A stretch of 64,000 nt of DNA from a bacterium (GTDB lineage: Bacteria; Myxococcota_A; UBA9160; SZUA-336). The DNA lies in assembly GCA_041498295.1 (NCBI GenBank), contig JBGQIB010000001.1, positions 2,428 to 66,427 on the forward strand, in the 5' to 3' direction. The translations under genes and the position numbers were made by a program. Under the pieces are notes generated by a model that was given only the letters and a program-made list of their open reading frames with translations, was not told where the DNA came from and searched no databases. This document shows positions 47,782-57,471 of this stretch, piece by piece. Every line of letters begins with the position of its first letter. The stretch's first letter is position 1.

Positions 47782-48628
47782 GTTTCGTTCCCACGCCGCC
47801 GTCGGTGAAGATCTCGAGCAAGAGCGCGTGCGGCACGCGCCCGTCGATGATGTGCGCCGCGGTGACTCCGCGCTCCATCGCGCGCACGGCGCACTCGAGC
47901 TTCGGAATCATGCCGCCCTTCACCGTACCGTCCGCGATCGAGCGCCGCACCTCCGCCTCGGTCATCTGGTGGATGAGCTGCCTCGCGTCGTCGAGTACGC
48001 CCTCGACGTCGGTGAGCAGGATCAGCTTCTCGGCCGCGAGCGCCTCGGCGATCGCGCCCGCGGCGGTATCGGCGTTGACGTTGTAGGTGACTCCCTGCGC
48101 GTCCACGCCGACGGGCGCGACGACGGGAATGAAGCCGTCCTTGGTGAGTGTCTTGATCAGCGAGACGTCGACACGCTCTGGTGTACCCACGAGGCCCAGG
48201 TCGCGGCCGGCCGGGCCGAATAGGCGCTTCACGCGCAGGAAGCCGCCGGCGTCCTTGCCGGTGAGGCCGATCGCCTGGCCGCCGGCGGCGCCGATGAGTG
48301 ACACGATCTCGGCGTTGATCTGACCGCCGAGCACCATCTCGACGACCTCCATCGTCTCCTGGTCGGTGACTCGAACACCGTCGACGAACTCGGACTTCTT
48401 GCCGAGTCGCGCGAGCAGCTGGCCGATCTGGGGACCGCCGCCGTGCACGATCACCGGGCGCAGCCCGATGAAGCGCAGCAAGGTCACGTCGGTCGCGAAC
48501 GAGGCTTTGAGCGCGTCGTTCTCCATCGCGGCGCCGCCGTACTTGATCACCACCGTCTTGTCGAAGAACGCGCGGATGTAGGGCAGCGCCTCGACCAGCG
48601 TGTTTGCCTTGCGAATCAGCTCTTCCAT
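47762..48628 (-). CDS. argB: Acetylglutamate kinase.
   Basis: VIKYGGAAM, VHGGGPQI motifs. Confidence 0.9.
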   Translation of the reverse strand: MEELIRKANTLVEALPYIRAFFDKTVVIKYGGAAMENDALKASFATDVTLLRFIGLRPVIVHGGGPQIGQLLARLGKKSEFVDGVRVTDQETMEVVEMVLGGQINAEIVSLIGAAGGQAIGLTGKDAGGFLRVKRLFGPAGRDLGLVGTPERVDVSLIKTLTKDGFIPVVAPVGVDAQGVTYNVNADTAAGAIAEALAAEKLILLTDVEGVLDDARQLIHQMTEAEVRRSIADGTVKGGMIPKLECAVRAMERGVTAAHIIDGRVPHALLLEIFTDGGVGTKLVRSKA

Positions 48629-48634
48629 CGCCGC

Positions 48635-49957
48635 CTACAAGATGAAGCGCGAGAGCTCTCGGTCTCCCGCGATGTCCGAGAGTCGCTCGCGCACGCGCGC
48701 GGCGTCGAAGACTTCGCTCGAGCCTCCGCGGTCGGGCGCTTCGAAGAGCGCGTCGTCGAGGAGTCTCTCGAGCACGGTATGCAAGCGCCGCGCGCCTATG
48801 TTCTCGGTCGAGCGATTCACTTCCGCCGCGATGCGCGCGATCTCGCGAATCGCGTCCGGCTTGAACTCGAGCCGCACGTTCTCGGTCGCGAGCAGCGCTT
48901 GATACTGCTTCACGAGCGCATTGTGCGGCTCCTCGAGGATCCGCACAAATGCCGCCTCGTCCAGATCCTCGAGCTCGACGCGGATCGGGAAGCGCCCCTG
49001 CAACTCCGGGATCAGGTCGGAGGGCCGCGAGACGTGAAACGCCCCGGCCGCAATGAACAGAATGTGGTCGGTGCGCACCGTGCCGTGCTTCGTCTGCACG
49101 CTCGTACCCTCGACGATCGGCAGTAAGTCGCGCTGCACGCCCTCGCGAGAGACGTCGGCGCCGTGTGTCTCGCGGCGCGCGATCTTGTCGATCTCGTCGA
49201 TGAACACGATGCCGGTCTGCTCGGTGCGCTGCAGCGCGCGCTCGCGCACGGCGTCTTGGTCGATCAAGCGGCCCGCCTCCTCGTCGCGCAGGAAGTCGCG
49301 CGCCTGCGCGACCTTCACGCGCCGCGAGCGCGTCCGCTTGGGCATCAGGTTGCCCATCAGATCCTTCAGTGAGACGCCCATTTCCTCGATGCCCTGCGGC
49401 GAGAAGATCTCGAGCGTCGGACCCGAGCGCTCGGGCATGTCGATCTCGACCTCGCGCTCCTCGAGCTCGCCGGAGCGCAGCTTCGCGCGCATGCGTTCGC
49501 GGGTCGAATCCGATCCCTCGCTCGTGCCCTTCATCTCCGGGGTTCGCGGGTACAGCGCGTCGAGCAGCCGCTCCTCGGCGATCCGCTCCGCGGAGGCTTG
49601 CACCTTCGCGAGCTCCTCGTCGCGCACCAGCTTGATGCCGACCTCCATCAGGTCGCGCACGATCGAGTCGACGTCGCGCCCTACGTAGCCGACCTCGGTG
49701 AACTTCGAGGCTTCGACCTTCACGAACGGCGCGGCCGCGAGCTTCGCGAGCCGGCGCGCGATCTCGGTCTTTCCGACGCCGGTCGGGCCGATCATCAGGA
49801 TGTTCTTCGGGTGAATCTCGTCCTTGAGATCACCCGACACATTTTGGCGTCGCCAGCGATTGCGCAGCGCGATGGCCACCGCGCGCTTCGCGGCGTGCTG
49901 GCCGACGATGAAGCGATCGAGCTCCGAGACCACCTCGCGCGGAGTGAAGGTTCTCAA
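48635..49957 (-). CDS. hslU: ATP-dependent protease ATPase subunit HslU. TTG start overlapping the hslV stop (TTGA).
   Basis: [35 protein letters not shown] Walker A. The long upstream ORF extension overlaps hslV in another frame and is rejected. Confidence 0.9.
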   Translation of the reverse strand: MRTFTPREVVSELDRFIVGQHAAKRAVAIALRNRWRRQNVSGDLKDEIHPKNILMIGPTGVGKTEIARRLAKLAAAPFVKVEASKFTEVGYVGRDVDSIVRDLMEVGIKLVRDEELAKVQASAERIAEERLLDALYPRTPEMKGTSEGSDSTRERMRAKLRSGELEEREVEIDMPERSGPTLEIFSPQGIEEMGVSLKDLMGNLMPKRTRSRRVKVAQARDFLRDEEAGRLIDQDAVRERALQRTEQTGIVFIDEIDKIARRETHGADVSREGVQRDLLPIVEGTSVQTKHGTVRTDHILFIAAGAFHVSRPSDLIPELQGRFPIRVELEDLDEAAFVRILEEPHNALVKQYQALLATENVRLEFKPDAIREIARIAAEVNRSTENIGARRLHTVLERLLDDALFEAPDRGGSSEVFDAARVRERLSDIAGDRELSRFIL

Positions 49958-50496
49958 AGCGCGAGCTCCTCGATGCTGATTTGGTCGTTTGTGTACAAGC
50001 AGATCTCCGCGGCGATGCGCAAGCTGCGCTCCGCGATCTCGCGCGCCGAGAGCTCCGTCGCGTCGAGCAGCGCGCGCGCGGCGGCGAGCGCATACGCGCC
50101 CCCGGAGCCGATTGCGGCCACTCCGCCATCGGGCTCGATCACGTCGCCGTTGCCGGAGATGACGAGCATGTCCTGCACGTCGGCGACGATCAGCAGCGCC
50201 TCGAGGCGGCGCATCGAGCGATCGGTGCGCCAGTCCTTCGCCAGCTCGACGGCGGCGCGGCGCAGGATGCCGCCGCGCTCCTCGAGCTTCGCCTCGAAGC
50301 GCTCCGCGAGCGCGAACGCGTCGGCGGTCGAGCCCGCGAAGCCCGCGAGCACCTTGCCGCCGCGCAGCCGCTGGATCTTCTTCGCGGTCCGCTTCATCAC
50401 CATCTCGCCGAACGTGACTTGGCCGTCGCCGGCGATCACCACGCTGGCGCCTCGCTTCACGGCGATCACGGTCGTGGCGTGAAACTGCGCCGTCAT
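49954..50496 (-). CDS. hslV: ATP-dependent protease subunit HslV.
   Basis: TTVIAV N-terminal threonine protease signature, GSGGAYA. Confidence 0.9.
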   Translation of the reverse strand: MTAQFHATTVIAVKRGASVVIAGDGQVTFGEMVMKRTAKKIQRLRGGKVLAGFAGSTADAFALAERFEAKLEERGGILRRAAVELAKDWRTDRSMRRLEALLIVADVQDMLVISGNGDVIEPDGGVAAIGSGGAYALAAARALLDATELSAREIAERSLRIAAEICLYTNDQISIEELAL

Positions 50497-50581
50497 GGCG
50501 GGTTAGCGGCGGGCAAAGCTCGCCTGCCCGCACGGCAGTGCGGCGCACCGCCTTCGGTGCTCGTGGCCAGGGCTCGTGTCA

Positions 50582-51484
50582 CTAGTCTTCCTTCGCGCGC
50601 GGGTGGGCGGCGCGGTAGACGCGCGCCAGTCGCTCGGCGGAGACGTGGGTATAGCGCTGAGTGGTGGAGAGCCGCTCGTGGCCCAGGAGCTCCTGGATCG
50701 CGCGCAGGTCGACGTCCGCGTCGAGCAGATGCGTCGCATAAGAGTGTCGCAGGGTGTGGGGGCTCGCGGGCCGCGCGATCCCAGCCACGAGCATGCGCCG
50801 GCGCAGGATCACGCGCACGCCGCGGTCCGACAGCGCCCCGCCGCGCGCGTTCGTGAACATCGGCTCTGCGAGCAGGCCTTCGGCGGGGCGCAGTTTCAGC
50901 CAGGCGTCGAGCGCGCCGCGCGCTTCGGAGGGCACCGGCACGACACGCTCCTTGTTGCCTTTGCCCGAGACGCGCAGCTCGCGGCGGTCGTGGTCCCAGT
51001 CGCGCACGCGCAGCGCCGCGAGCTCGCCCACGCGCAGCCCCGTTCCGTAAAGCAGCTCGAAGAGCGCCTTGTCGCGCAGCGCGAGCGAGGGCGCGCGGGT
51101 CGGGTCCTCGCTCTCGACCAGCTGCTCGCAGTCCTCGGCCGAGAGTGGCGAGGGCAGACGGCGTTCGCGCTTCGGCCCGGGCAGCCCCTCGGTCGGGTCC
51201 GCGCCGCGCGCGCCGATCTTCACGCGGAAGCGGAAGAACGCGCGCAGGGCCGCGAGCCGACGGTTGCGCGTCGACGCCTTGTGCACGCGGTGAAAGCCGG
51301 CGAGGTAGGTGCGCACCGCCAGTGACTCGATGCGATCGAGTCCTCCGGCGCGCGCGCACTCCGGGCTCTCGGCGAGCTGGCGCGCTTCGCCCAGATACGC
51401 GCGCGAGGTGTGCGGCGAGAGACCGCGCTCGGCGACGAGGTGGCGTTCGAAGGCCGTGATGGCGCGCGCGTCGGCCGGAGTCAC
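50582..51484 (-). CDS. xerC: Tyrosine recombinase XerC/XerD family. GTG start overlapping the trmFO stop.
   Basis: R...HxxR...Y catalytic residues (LRHSYATHLL, TQRYTHV). 300 aa counted from VTPADARAI. Confidence 0.85.
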   Translation of the reverse strand: MTPADARAITAFERHLVAERGLSPHTSRAYLGEARQLAESPECARAGGLDRIESLAVRTYLAGFHRVHKASTRNRRLAALRAFFRFRVKIGARGADPTEGLPGPKRERRLPSPLSAEDCEQLVESEDPTRAPSLALRDKALFELLYGTGLRVGELAALRVRDWDHDRRELRVSGKGNKERVVPVPSEARGALDAWLKLRPAEGLLAEPMFTNARGGALSDRGVRVILRRRMLVAGIARPASPHTLRHSYATHLLDADVDLRAIQELLGHERLSTTQRYTHVSAERLARVYRAAHPRAKED

Positions 51485-52821
51485 GCGCGCTCCGCGGGCG
51501 GCGCGCCGACCGCGCGCAGCCACGGCCCGAGATCCTCGTGCGCGCGCGCGGCGAGCCGCGCGTGTCGGTCGCGCCGCGGCCCACGCGCCTGGCGTCCCTC
51601 GAACGGCGGGAAGAGACCGAAGTTCACGTTCATCGGCTGGAAGTGGCGCGGGTCCGCGTTGCGCAGATGCGCCAGCAGCGCGCCCAGCGCGGTCGTCGCC
51701 GGCGGCAGGGGCGCCGAGTCGCCCGCGGCCTTCGCTGCCACGAACAGGCCGGCGAGCAGGCCGAGCGCCGCGGATTCGACGTAGCCCTCGACCCCGGCCA
51801 TCTGGCCGGCGAAGTGGAGGCCGGGACGCGCTCGGTGCTGCAGGCGCTCGTCGAGCAGCTCGGGCGCGCGGATGAACGTGTTGCGATGCACCGATCCGAA
51901 GCGCGCGAAGACCGCCTCCTCGAGACCCGGAAGCGTCCGGAAGATCCGCTTCTGCTCGCCGATCCGCAGCTTCGTCTGAAACCCGACCAGGTTGTAGAGC
52001 GAGCCCGCCTTGTCCTCCTGGCGCAGCTGGACGACCGCGTAGGCCGGGGCGCCCCCGCGAGGGTCCTCGAGGCCGACGGGCTTCATCGGTCCGAACGCGA
52101 GTGTCTCGGCGCCGCGCTCCGCCATCACCTCGATCGGCAGACAACCCTCGAAGTAGACCGCCTTTTCGAACGCGTGCAGCGGCACCTTCTCGGCCGCGAC
52201 CAGCTCGGCGACGAACGCGTGGTACGCGTCGCGCGAGAGCGGCGAGTTGAGATAATCGCCCTCGCCGTCGTCTCTGCTCTGCCAGCGCGAGGCTCGAAAC
52301 AGCCGCTCGTGCGCGAGGCTGTCGGCGTAGACGACCGGCGCGATCGAGTCATAGAAGTAGAGTGAGTCACCGCACAGCTCGCGCACGCGCTCGGCCAGCG
52401 CGTCGGAAGTGAGTGGCCCGGTCGCGAGGATGACCAGGCCCTCGGGCAGCTCGCGCACTTCGCGGCGCACGAGCTCGATGTTCGGCTCCGCCTCGATGCG
52501 GACGCCGATCTCGCGCGCGAATGCGCCGCGATCGACGGCGAGCGCCGAGCCGGCGGGCACGCGATTCGCGTCTGCGGCGGAGAGGACGAGCGAGCCCGCG
52601 CGGCGCAGCTCTTCGTGCAGCAGACCGATCGCGTTCTCCGGCGTGTCGGAGCGCAGGCTGTTCGAGCAGACCAGCTCCGCGAGCTCGTCCGTGTTGTGCG
52701 CGGGAGAGCGCCGCTCGGGGCGCATCTCGAAGAGCTGCACGGAGACCCCTCGCCGGGCGAGCTGCCAAGCTGCCTCGCAGCCTGCGAGCCCGCCGCCGAT
52801 AACCTGCACGCGCATCGCCAT
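51481..52821 (-). CDS. trmFO: Methylenetetrahydrofolate--tRNA-(uracil-5-)-methyltransferase TrmFO (Gid). Start MAMRVQV; 52815 and 52836 are alternatives.
   Basis: VIGGGLAGCEAAWQLARRG FAD-binding motif. Remainder typical of Gid. Confidence 0.85.
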   Translation of the reverse strand: MAMRVQVIGGGLAGCEAAWQLARRGVSVQLFEMRPERRSPAHNTDELAELVCSNSLRSDTPENAIGLLHEELRRAGSLVLSAADANRVPAGSALAVDRGAFAREIGVRIEAEPNIELVRREVRELPEGLVILATGPLTSDALAERVRELCGDSLYFYDSIAPVVYADSLAHERLFRASRWQSRDDGEGDYLNSPLSRDAYHAFVAELVAAEKVPLHAFEKAVYFEGCLPIEVMAERGAETLAFGPMKPVGLEDPRGGAPAYAVVQLRQEDKAGSLYNLVGFQTKLRIGEQKRIFRTLPGLEEAVFARFGSVHRNTFIRAPELLDERLQHRARPGLHFAGQMAGVEGYVESAALGLLAGLFVAAKAAGDSAPLPPATTALGALLAHLRNADPRHFQPMNVNFGLFPPFEGRQARGPRRDRHARLAARAHEDLGPWLRAVGAPPAERA

Positions 52822-52844
52822 TCCGGCACGGAACATAGCCGGGC

Positions 52845-52960
52845 GCCGCAGCAAGCGAAGCGCGCAGCGAGGCGCAGCCGAGCGAAGAGGGGGTGGCGGC
52901 GGCCGGACATCGGCCCGCCGGCCGATGTCCCGCGGGGGCGCCGGGGCCACTAAGACCTCA
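52845..52960 (-). repeat. Stop-codon-abutting repeat, full copy at the dprA stop. Hairpin GGACATCGGC-N-GCCGATGTCC.
   Basis: GCGCAGCGAGGCGCAGCCGAGCGAAGAGGGGGTGG...GGGGCCACTAAG with the TAG of CTAAG serving as the dprA stop. Confidence 0.6.
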
Positions 52961-54047
52961 GGCTGAGCCGCGAGCCCTCGCGGCGGAGCGCTCCGTCGAG
53001 CTCGAGCTCGAGCAACACGCGCGCCAGCTCGGCCGGGCTCCGCCCGAGCGCGCGGGTGAGCGTGTCGAGATCGCACGGCCCGTCGGCCAGATGCTCGAGC
53101 ACCGCGCGCGCCGCCGGCGTCGCATCGCTCGCTTGCACGGGCACGCGAGGCTTCGCGGCGAGCGGGCCGAGCACGGCCTCGCGCAGGTCGTCCGCATCGA
53201 GGATCGGAATCGCGCCGTCACGCAACAGGCGATTGGAGCCGCGACACAGATCGGCGTCGATCGGCCCGGGCACGACCGCGACGTCGCGTCCCTGCTCGAG
53301 TGCGTGGCGTGCGCTCCACAGGGTGCCGCTCTTTTCGCGCGCCTCGACGATCAGGGTCAGGCGCGCGAGTCCGCTGATCAGCCGATTGCGCTCCGGGAAG
53401 TGGTGAGGGTGGGCGTCGGCGCCGGGATTGCGCTCCGACAGCCATGCGCCGCCGCCCGCGAGAATCCGCTCCGCGAGCCGCCGCTGACCCGCGGGAGTCA
53501 CTCGATCGAGGCCCGAAGCGAGCACCGCCACCGTGCAGCCCGCCCCCGCGAGCGCGCCCTCGTGCGCCGCTGCATCGATGCCATAGGCGAGACCCGAGAC
53601 GATCGCGACGCCGGAGCGCGATAGCTCCCCGGCGAAGGCGTGCGCGGTTGCAACGCCCCTCCCGGTCGGACGCCGCGAGCCGACGATCGCGATCGCCGGT
53701 CCGGTCGGGAGCTCGCCGCGCAGCCACAGCAAGAGCGGCGGATCGGGGATCTCGCGCAGCGCGGCCGGGAACTCGAGTGACTCGGGCGCGACCGCGCGCA
53801 CGCCGGACGCCGCTCCGAGCGCGAGCGCGCGTTCGCCCGCGCTCGCGTCGACGGCGCGCGCAACCGCCGACGCGAGCTTGCGCGGAACGTGCGCGGCAAG
53901 CCGCGCCGAGCTGGCGCCGAGCAGCGCGCTCGCCGATCCGTACAGCGCAATGAGTCGGCGCGCGTGTGCGCGCGAGAGACCGGGAACGGCGCCGAGTGCG
54001 GCGCGGGCAACGAGCTCGTCGTTCACGGAAAAACTCCGCGGGACCAC
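52950..54047 (-). CDS. dprA: DNA-processing protein DprA (Smf).
   Basis: Rossmann-like DprA core (IAIVGSRRPTGRG, VVSGLAYGIDAAAH), C-terminal winged-helix region. Confidence 0.85.
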   Translation of the reverse strand: MVPRSFSVNDELVARAALGAVPGLSRAHARRLIALYGSASALLGASSARLAAHVPRKLASAVARAVDASAGERALALGAASGVRAVAPESLEFPAALREIPDPPLLLWLRGELPTGPAIAIVGSRRPTGRGVATAHAFAGELSRSGVAIVSGLAYGIDAAAHEGALAGAGCTVAVLASGLDRVTPAGQRRLAERILAGGGAWLSERNPGADAHPHHFPERNRLISGLARLTLIVEAREKSGTLWSARHALEQGRDVAVVPGPIDADLCRGSNRLLRDGAIPILDADDLREAVLGPLAAKPRVPVQASDATPAARAVLEHLADGPCDLDTLTRALGRSPAELARVLLELELDGALRREGSRLSLRS

Positions 54048-54077
54048 GCGGGGCGAGCGCGGCTAGAGTAGCCGGCC

Positions 54078-54776
54078 ATGCCCAACTCGCCCGCGCGCTC
54101 GCCGAGCTCACTCGCGCTGCCCTACGTCGTCCCGTACGTCGTCTACGTCGTGCTCGGCTCGCTCGTGGACGTGCGCACTCACGCCGAGCTGATCTACGCG
54201 GCGCGCCTGGTGGCGGTGGGCGGGGCGCTGGCGTTCTTCAGGCGCGACTACTTGCCGCTGCGCGGGCCGCGCTCGCCGTGGGCGTCGCTCGCGCTCGGTG
54301 CGGCTGCGGGTCTCTTGGGCGCAGCCCTATGGGTCGCGCTGCGCGCGCGCTTCACCGCGGGTGCTGCGCCCGCGTGGTCCGACTCGGCCTGGGCCGCGCG
54401 CGCGCTCGGCTCGGCGCTCCTCCCGCCGTTCGTCGAGGAGCTGCTCTTCCGCGGCTGGGTGTTGCGCACGGTGCTGCTCTTCGAGCGCGCGCGACGCGCG
54501 GGGAGCGCCGCGCCGTTCGCGGACGCGCTCGACCGTTCGGCGCTGGCCGACGTCGCGCCCGGCGCCTGGAGCGCACTCTCGGTCGCGGTCTCGAGCGCCC
54601 TGTTCGCGGCGGGCCACCTGCCCGGTGAGTGGCCGGCCGCCTGCGTCTACGGCGTCCTGATGTGCACGCTCTGGATCGCGCGCGGCGACCTCGTATCATG
54701 CATTTCCGCTCATGCGGTCACGAACGCGGCGCTCGCGCTGTTCGCGCGTGCGAACGGATCATGGGGAAGTTGGTAG
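54078..54776 (+). CDS. CPBP-family (CAAX protease/Abi) intramembrane metalloprotease.
   Basis: EELLFRG motif 1, FAAGH motif 2, HAVTN motif 3, multiple TM segments. Confidence 0.75.
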   Translation: MPNSPARSPSSLALPYVVPYVVYVVLGSLVDVRTHAELIYAARLVAVGGALAFFRRDYLPLRGPRSPWASLALGAAAGLLGAALWVALRARFTAGAAPAWSDSAWAARALGSALLPPFVEELLFRGWVLRTVLLFERARRAGSAAPFADALDRSALADVAPGAWSALSVAVSSALFAAGHLPGEWPAACVYGVLMCTLWIARGDLVSCISAHAVTNAALALFARANGSWGSW

Positions 54777-54778
54777 CG

Positions 54779-57388
54779 ATGTCCGAGCTCCCGCAAAGCT
54801 ACGAGCCCGACAAAGCCGAGGGCCGCTGGGCCGAGCGCTGGGAACGCGAGGGCGTATACCGCTGGGATCCGGCGCGCCGCCGCGACGAGACGTTCGTCAT
54901 CGACACACCGCCGCCCACGGTGTCCGGGTCGCTGCACATCGGCCACGTCTTCAGCTACACGCACGCGGATCTGATCGCGCGCTTCCAGCGCATGCGCGGC
55001 AAGAACGTCGCGTTCCCGATCGGCTGGGACGACAACGGACTGCCGACGGAGCGGCGCGTGCAGATCGTGCTCGGACTGCGCCCGAATACGAAACTCGCGT
55101 ACGACCCGCACTGGCAGCCGCGCCGCGACAAAAAGGCCGACGAACCGCTCGAAGACGTCTCGCCGCAGAACTTCATCGAGGCCTGCAAGCTCGTGATGAG
55201 CGAGGACGAGGCAGTATTCGAGGCGCTCTGGCGGCGGCTCGGTCTCTCGTACGACTGGACGCAGCTCTACCGCACGATCGCGGATCACCCGCGGCGCATC
55301 GCGCAGCTCTCATTTCTCGACCTCTACGCGAAGCGCGAGGCGTACTCGAAATTCGCCCCCACGATGTGGGACGTCGACGACCAGACCGCGGTCGCGCAGG
55401 CGGAGACGGAGGACCGCGAGCAGCCCGGCGCGTATCACGATCTACGCTTTTCGGTGTTGGGCGGCGGCGAGCTCACGATCTCGACGACGCGGCCCGAGCT
55501 GCTCGGCGCCTGCGTCGCGGTGGTCGCGCATCCCGACGACGAGCGCTACCGCGCGCTCTTCGGCAAGACGGCGCGCACACCCCTCTTCCACGCGCCGGTG
55601 CCGATCGTGGCCAGTGCGCACGCCGATCCCGAGAAGGGCACGGGCATCCTGATGGTGTGCACGTTCGGCGATCAGGCCGACGTGGAGTTCTGGCGCGCCC
55701 AGAGCCTGCCGCTGCGCCAGCTGATCGGCCCCGACGGGCGCATGCGCCGCGTGGTCTTCGGCGAAGCGCCCTTCGCCAGCGAGGATGCGGCGCGCGCGCG
55801 CGCCGCCTGGGCCGAGCTCGAGGGAAAAACGGTCAAGCAGGCGCGCGCGAAGATCGTCGAGCTGCTGCGCGCCGACGGCGCGCTCGTCGGCGAGCCGCGC
55901 GCGATCACGCATCCGGTGAAGTTCTACGAGCGCGGCTCGCGCCCGCTCGAGTTCTTGCCCACGCGCCAGTGGTTCGTGCGCATCCTGGTACACAGAGATG
56001 CGTTGCTCGAGCAGGGCCGGAAGATCGAGTGGCACCCGGCGCACATGCGCGCGCGCTACGAGAACTGGGTGCAAGGCTTGAATCAGGACTGGTGCGTGAG
56101 TCGCCAGCGCTTCTCGGGCGTGCCCTTCCCGGTCTGGTACCGGCTCGACGCACAGGGCCGGCCCGACCATGAGCGCCCGCTGCTCGCGCGCGCCGAGGAG
56201 CTTCCCGTCGACCCGCGCCTGCAGCCGCCGACGGGCTACGGCGAGGCGCAGCGCGGCCAGCCGGGCGGATTCATCGGCGATGCGGACGTCATGGACACCT
56301 GGGCGACGTCGTCGATGTCGCCGCAGATCATGAGTCACTGGACGCTCGACCCCGCGCGTCACGCACAGCTGTTCCCGATGGACATGCGCCCGCAGGCGCA
56401 CGAGATCATCCGCACCTGGCTCTTCTACACGGTCGTGAAGGCGTATCTGCACGAGCGCGAGATCCCGTGGAAACACGCTGTGATCAGCGGCTGGATCCTC
56501 GACCCGGACCGCAAGAAGATGAGCAAGTCGAAGGGCAACGTGACTACGCCCGCGCACTTGCTCGACCAGCACTCGGCCGACGCGGTGCGCTACTGGGCGG
56601 CGCGCGCGCGGCTGGGCGTCGACACGACCTTCGACGAGCAGGTGATGAAGCTCGGCAAGCGCCTCGCGACGAAGCTCGTGAACGCCGGCCGCTTCGCGAT
56701 CCTGCAGCTCGAGCGCGCCGGCGCCACGCCGGAGACACATCCGGCGAGCGCGATCTCGCACCCGCTCGACGTCGACTTCGCGGCGCGCCTGCGCGAACTG
56801 GTCGCGCGCGCGACCGCGTCGTTCGAGGAGTTCGAGTACGCCGCCGCGCTGCAGGCCACGGAAGAGGCATTCTGGGACTTCTGCGACAACTATCTCGAGA
56901 TCGTGAAGGTGCGCGCGTACGCGGAGTCACCCTCGCCCGAGCAGCGCTCGGCGCTCGCGACGCTGCAGCTCGCGCTGCGCGTCTTCCTGCGGCTGTTCGC
57001 GCCTGCGCTGCCGTTCGTGAGCGACGAGATCTGGTCGTGGCGCTTCGCGGCGAGCGCGGGCGGCCGTTCGATTCACTCGGGTCCGTGGCCGAGCGTCGAG
57101 GAGTTCGCCGGTATTTCGCTCGAGCGCGCGGGCCGCGCGTATGCGGCCGCGTGCGAGATATCGACGCGGATTCGCGGCGCGAAGACGAGCGCGAAGAAGA
57201 GCCTGCGCTGGCCGGTCGCGCGCCTCGAGGTGCGCGGCGCGGAGCCCGACCTCGCCGCTCTGCGCACGGTGCTACCCGACGTCCTCGCCGCCGGCGTGGT
57301 CGACACCGCTGGGTGTCGCCTCTCCGCGGGTGCGCCCAGCGACGGAGCGATCTTCGCGACCGAGGTAGAGCTGGCTACGGCGTCTTAG
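54779..57388 (+). CDS. valS: Valine--tRNA ligase (compact type lacking the C-terminal coiled coil).
   Basis: PPPTVSGSLHIGH (HIGH), KMSKSKGNV (KMSKS), editing-domain sequences. ATG at 54779 just after the CPBP stop. Confidence 0.9.
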   Translation: MSELPQSYEPDKAEGRWAERWEREGVYRWDPARRRDETFVIDTPPPTVSGSLHIGHVFSYTHADLIARFQRMRGKNVAFPIGWDDNGLPTERRVQIVLGLRPNTKLAYDPHWQPRRDKKADEPLEDVSPQNFIEACKLVMSEDEAVFEALWRRLGLSYDWTQLYRTIADHPRRIAQLSFLDLYAKREAYSKFAPTMWDVDDQTAVAQAETEDREQPGAYHDLRFSVLGGGELTISTTRPELLGACVAVVAHPDDERYRALFGKTARTPLFHAPVPIVASAHADPEKGTGILMVCTFGDQADVEFWRAQSLPLRQLIGPDGRMRRVVFGEAPFASEDAARARAAWAELEGKTVKQARAKIVELLRADGALVGEPRAITHPVKFYERGSRPLEFLPTRQWFVRILVHRDALLEQGRKIEWHPAHMRARYENWVQGLNQDWCVSRQRFSGVPFPVWYRLDAQGRPDHERPLLARAEELPVDPRLQPPTGYGEAQRGQPGGFIGDADVMDTWATSSMSPQIMSHWTLDPARHAQLFPMDMRPQAHEIIRTWLFYTVVKAYLHEREIPWKHAVISGWILDPDRKKMSKSKGNVTTPAHLLDQHSADAVRYWAARARLGVDTTFDEQVMKLGKRLATKLVNAGRFAILQLERAGATPETHPASAISHPLDVDFAARLRELVARATASFEEFEYAAALQATEEAFWDFCDNYLEIVKVRAYAESPSPEQRSALATLQLALRVFLRLFAPALPFVSDEIWSWRFAASAGGRSIHSGPWPSVEEFAGISLERAGRAYAAACEISTRIRGAKTSAKKSLRWPVARLEVRGAEPDLAALRTVLPDVLAAGVVDTAGCRLSAGAPSDGAIFATEVELATAS

Positions 57389-57470
57389 CGGGTTACGCGC
57401 GAGGGCGGCCGCGCGCTCCCGCCTACGCTCGGCTTCGCCTCCCTGCGCGCCTTCGGCTTGCGAGTCCTAG
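57389..57470 (+). repeat. Stop-codon-abutting repeat copy starting at the valS TAG (TCTTAGCGGG...).
   Basis: 5' CTTAGCGGG, variable middle, 3' CGCTCGGCTTCGCCTCCCTGCGCGCC. Confidence 0.55.
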
Positions 57471-57471
57471 C

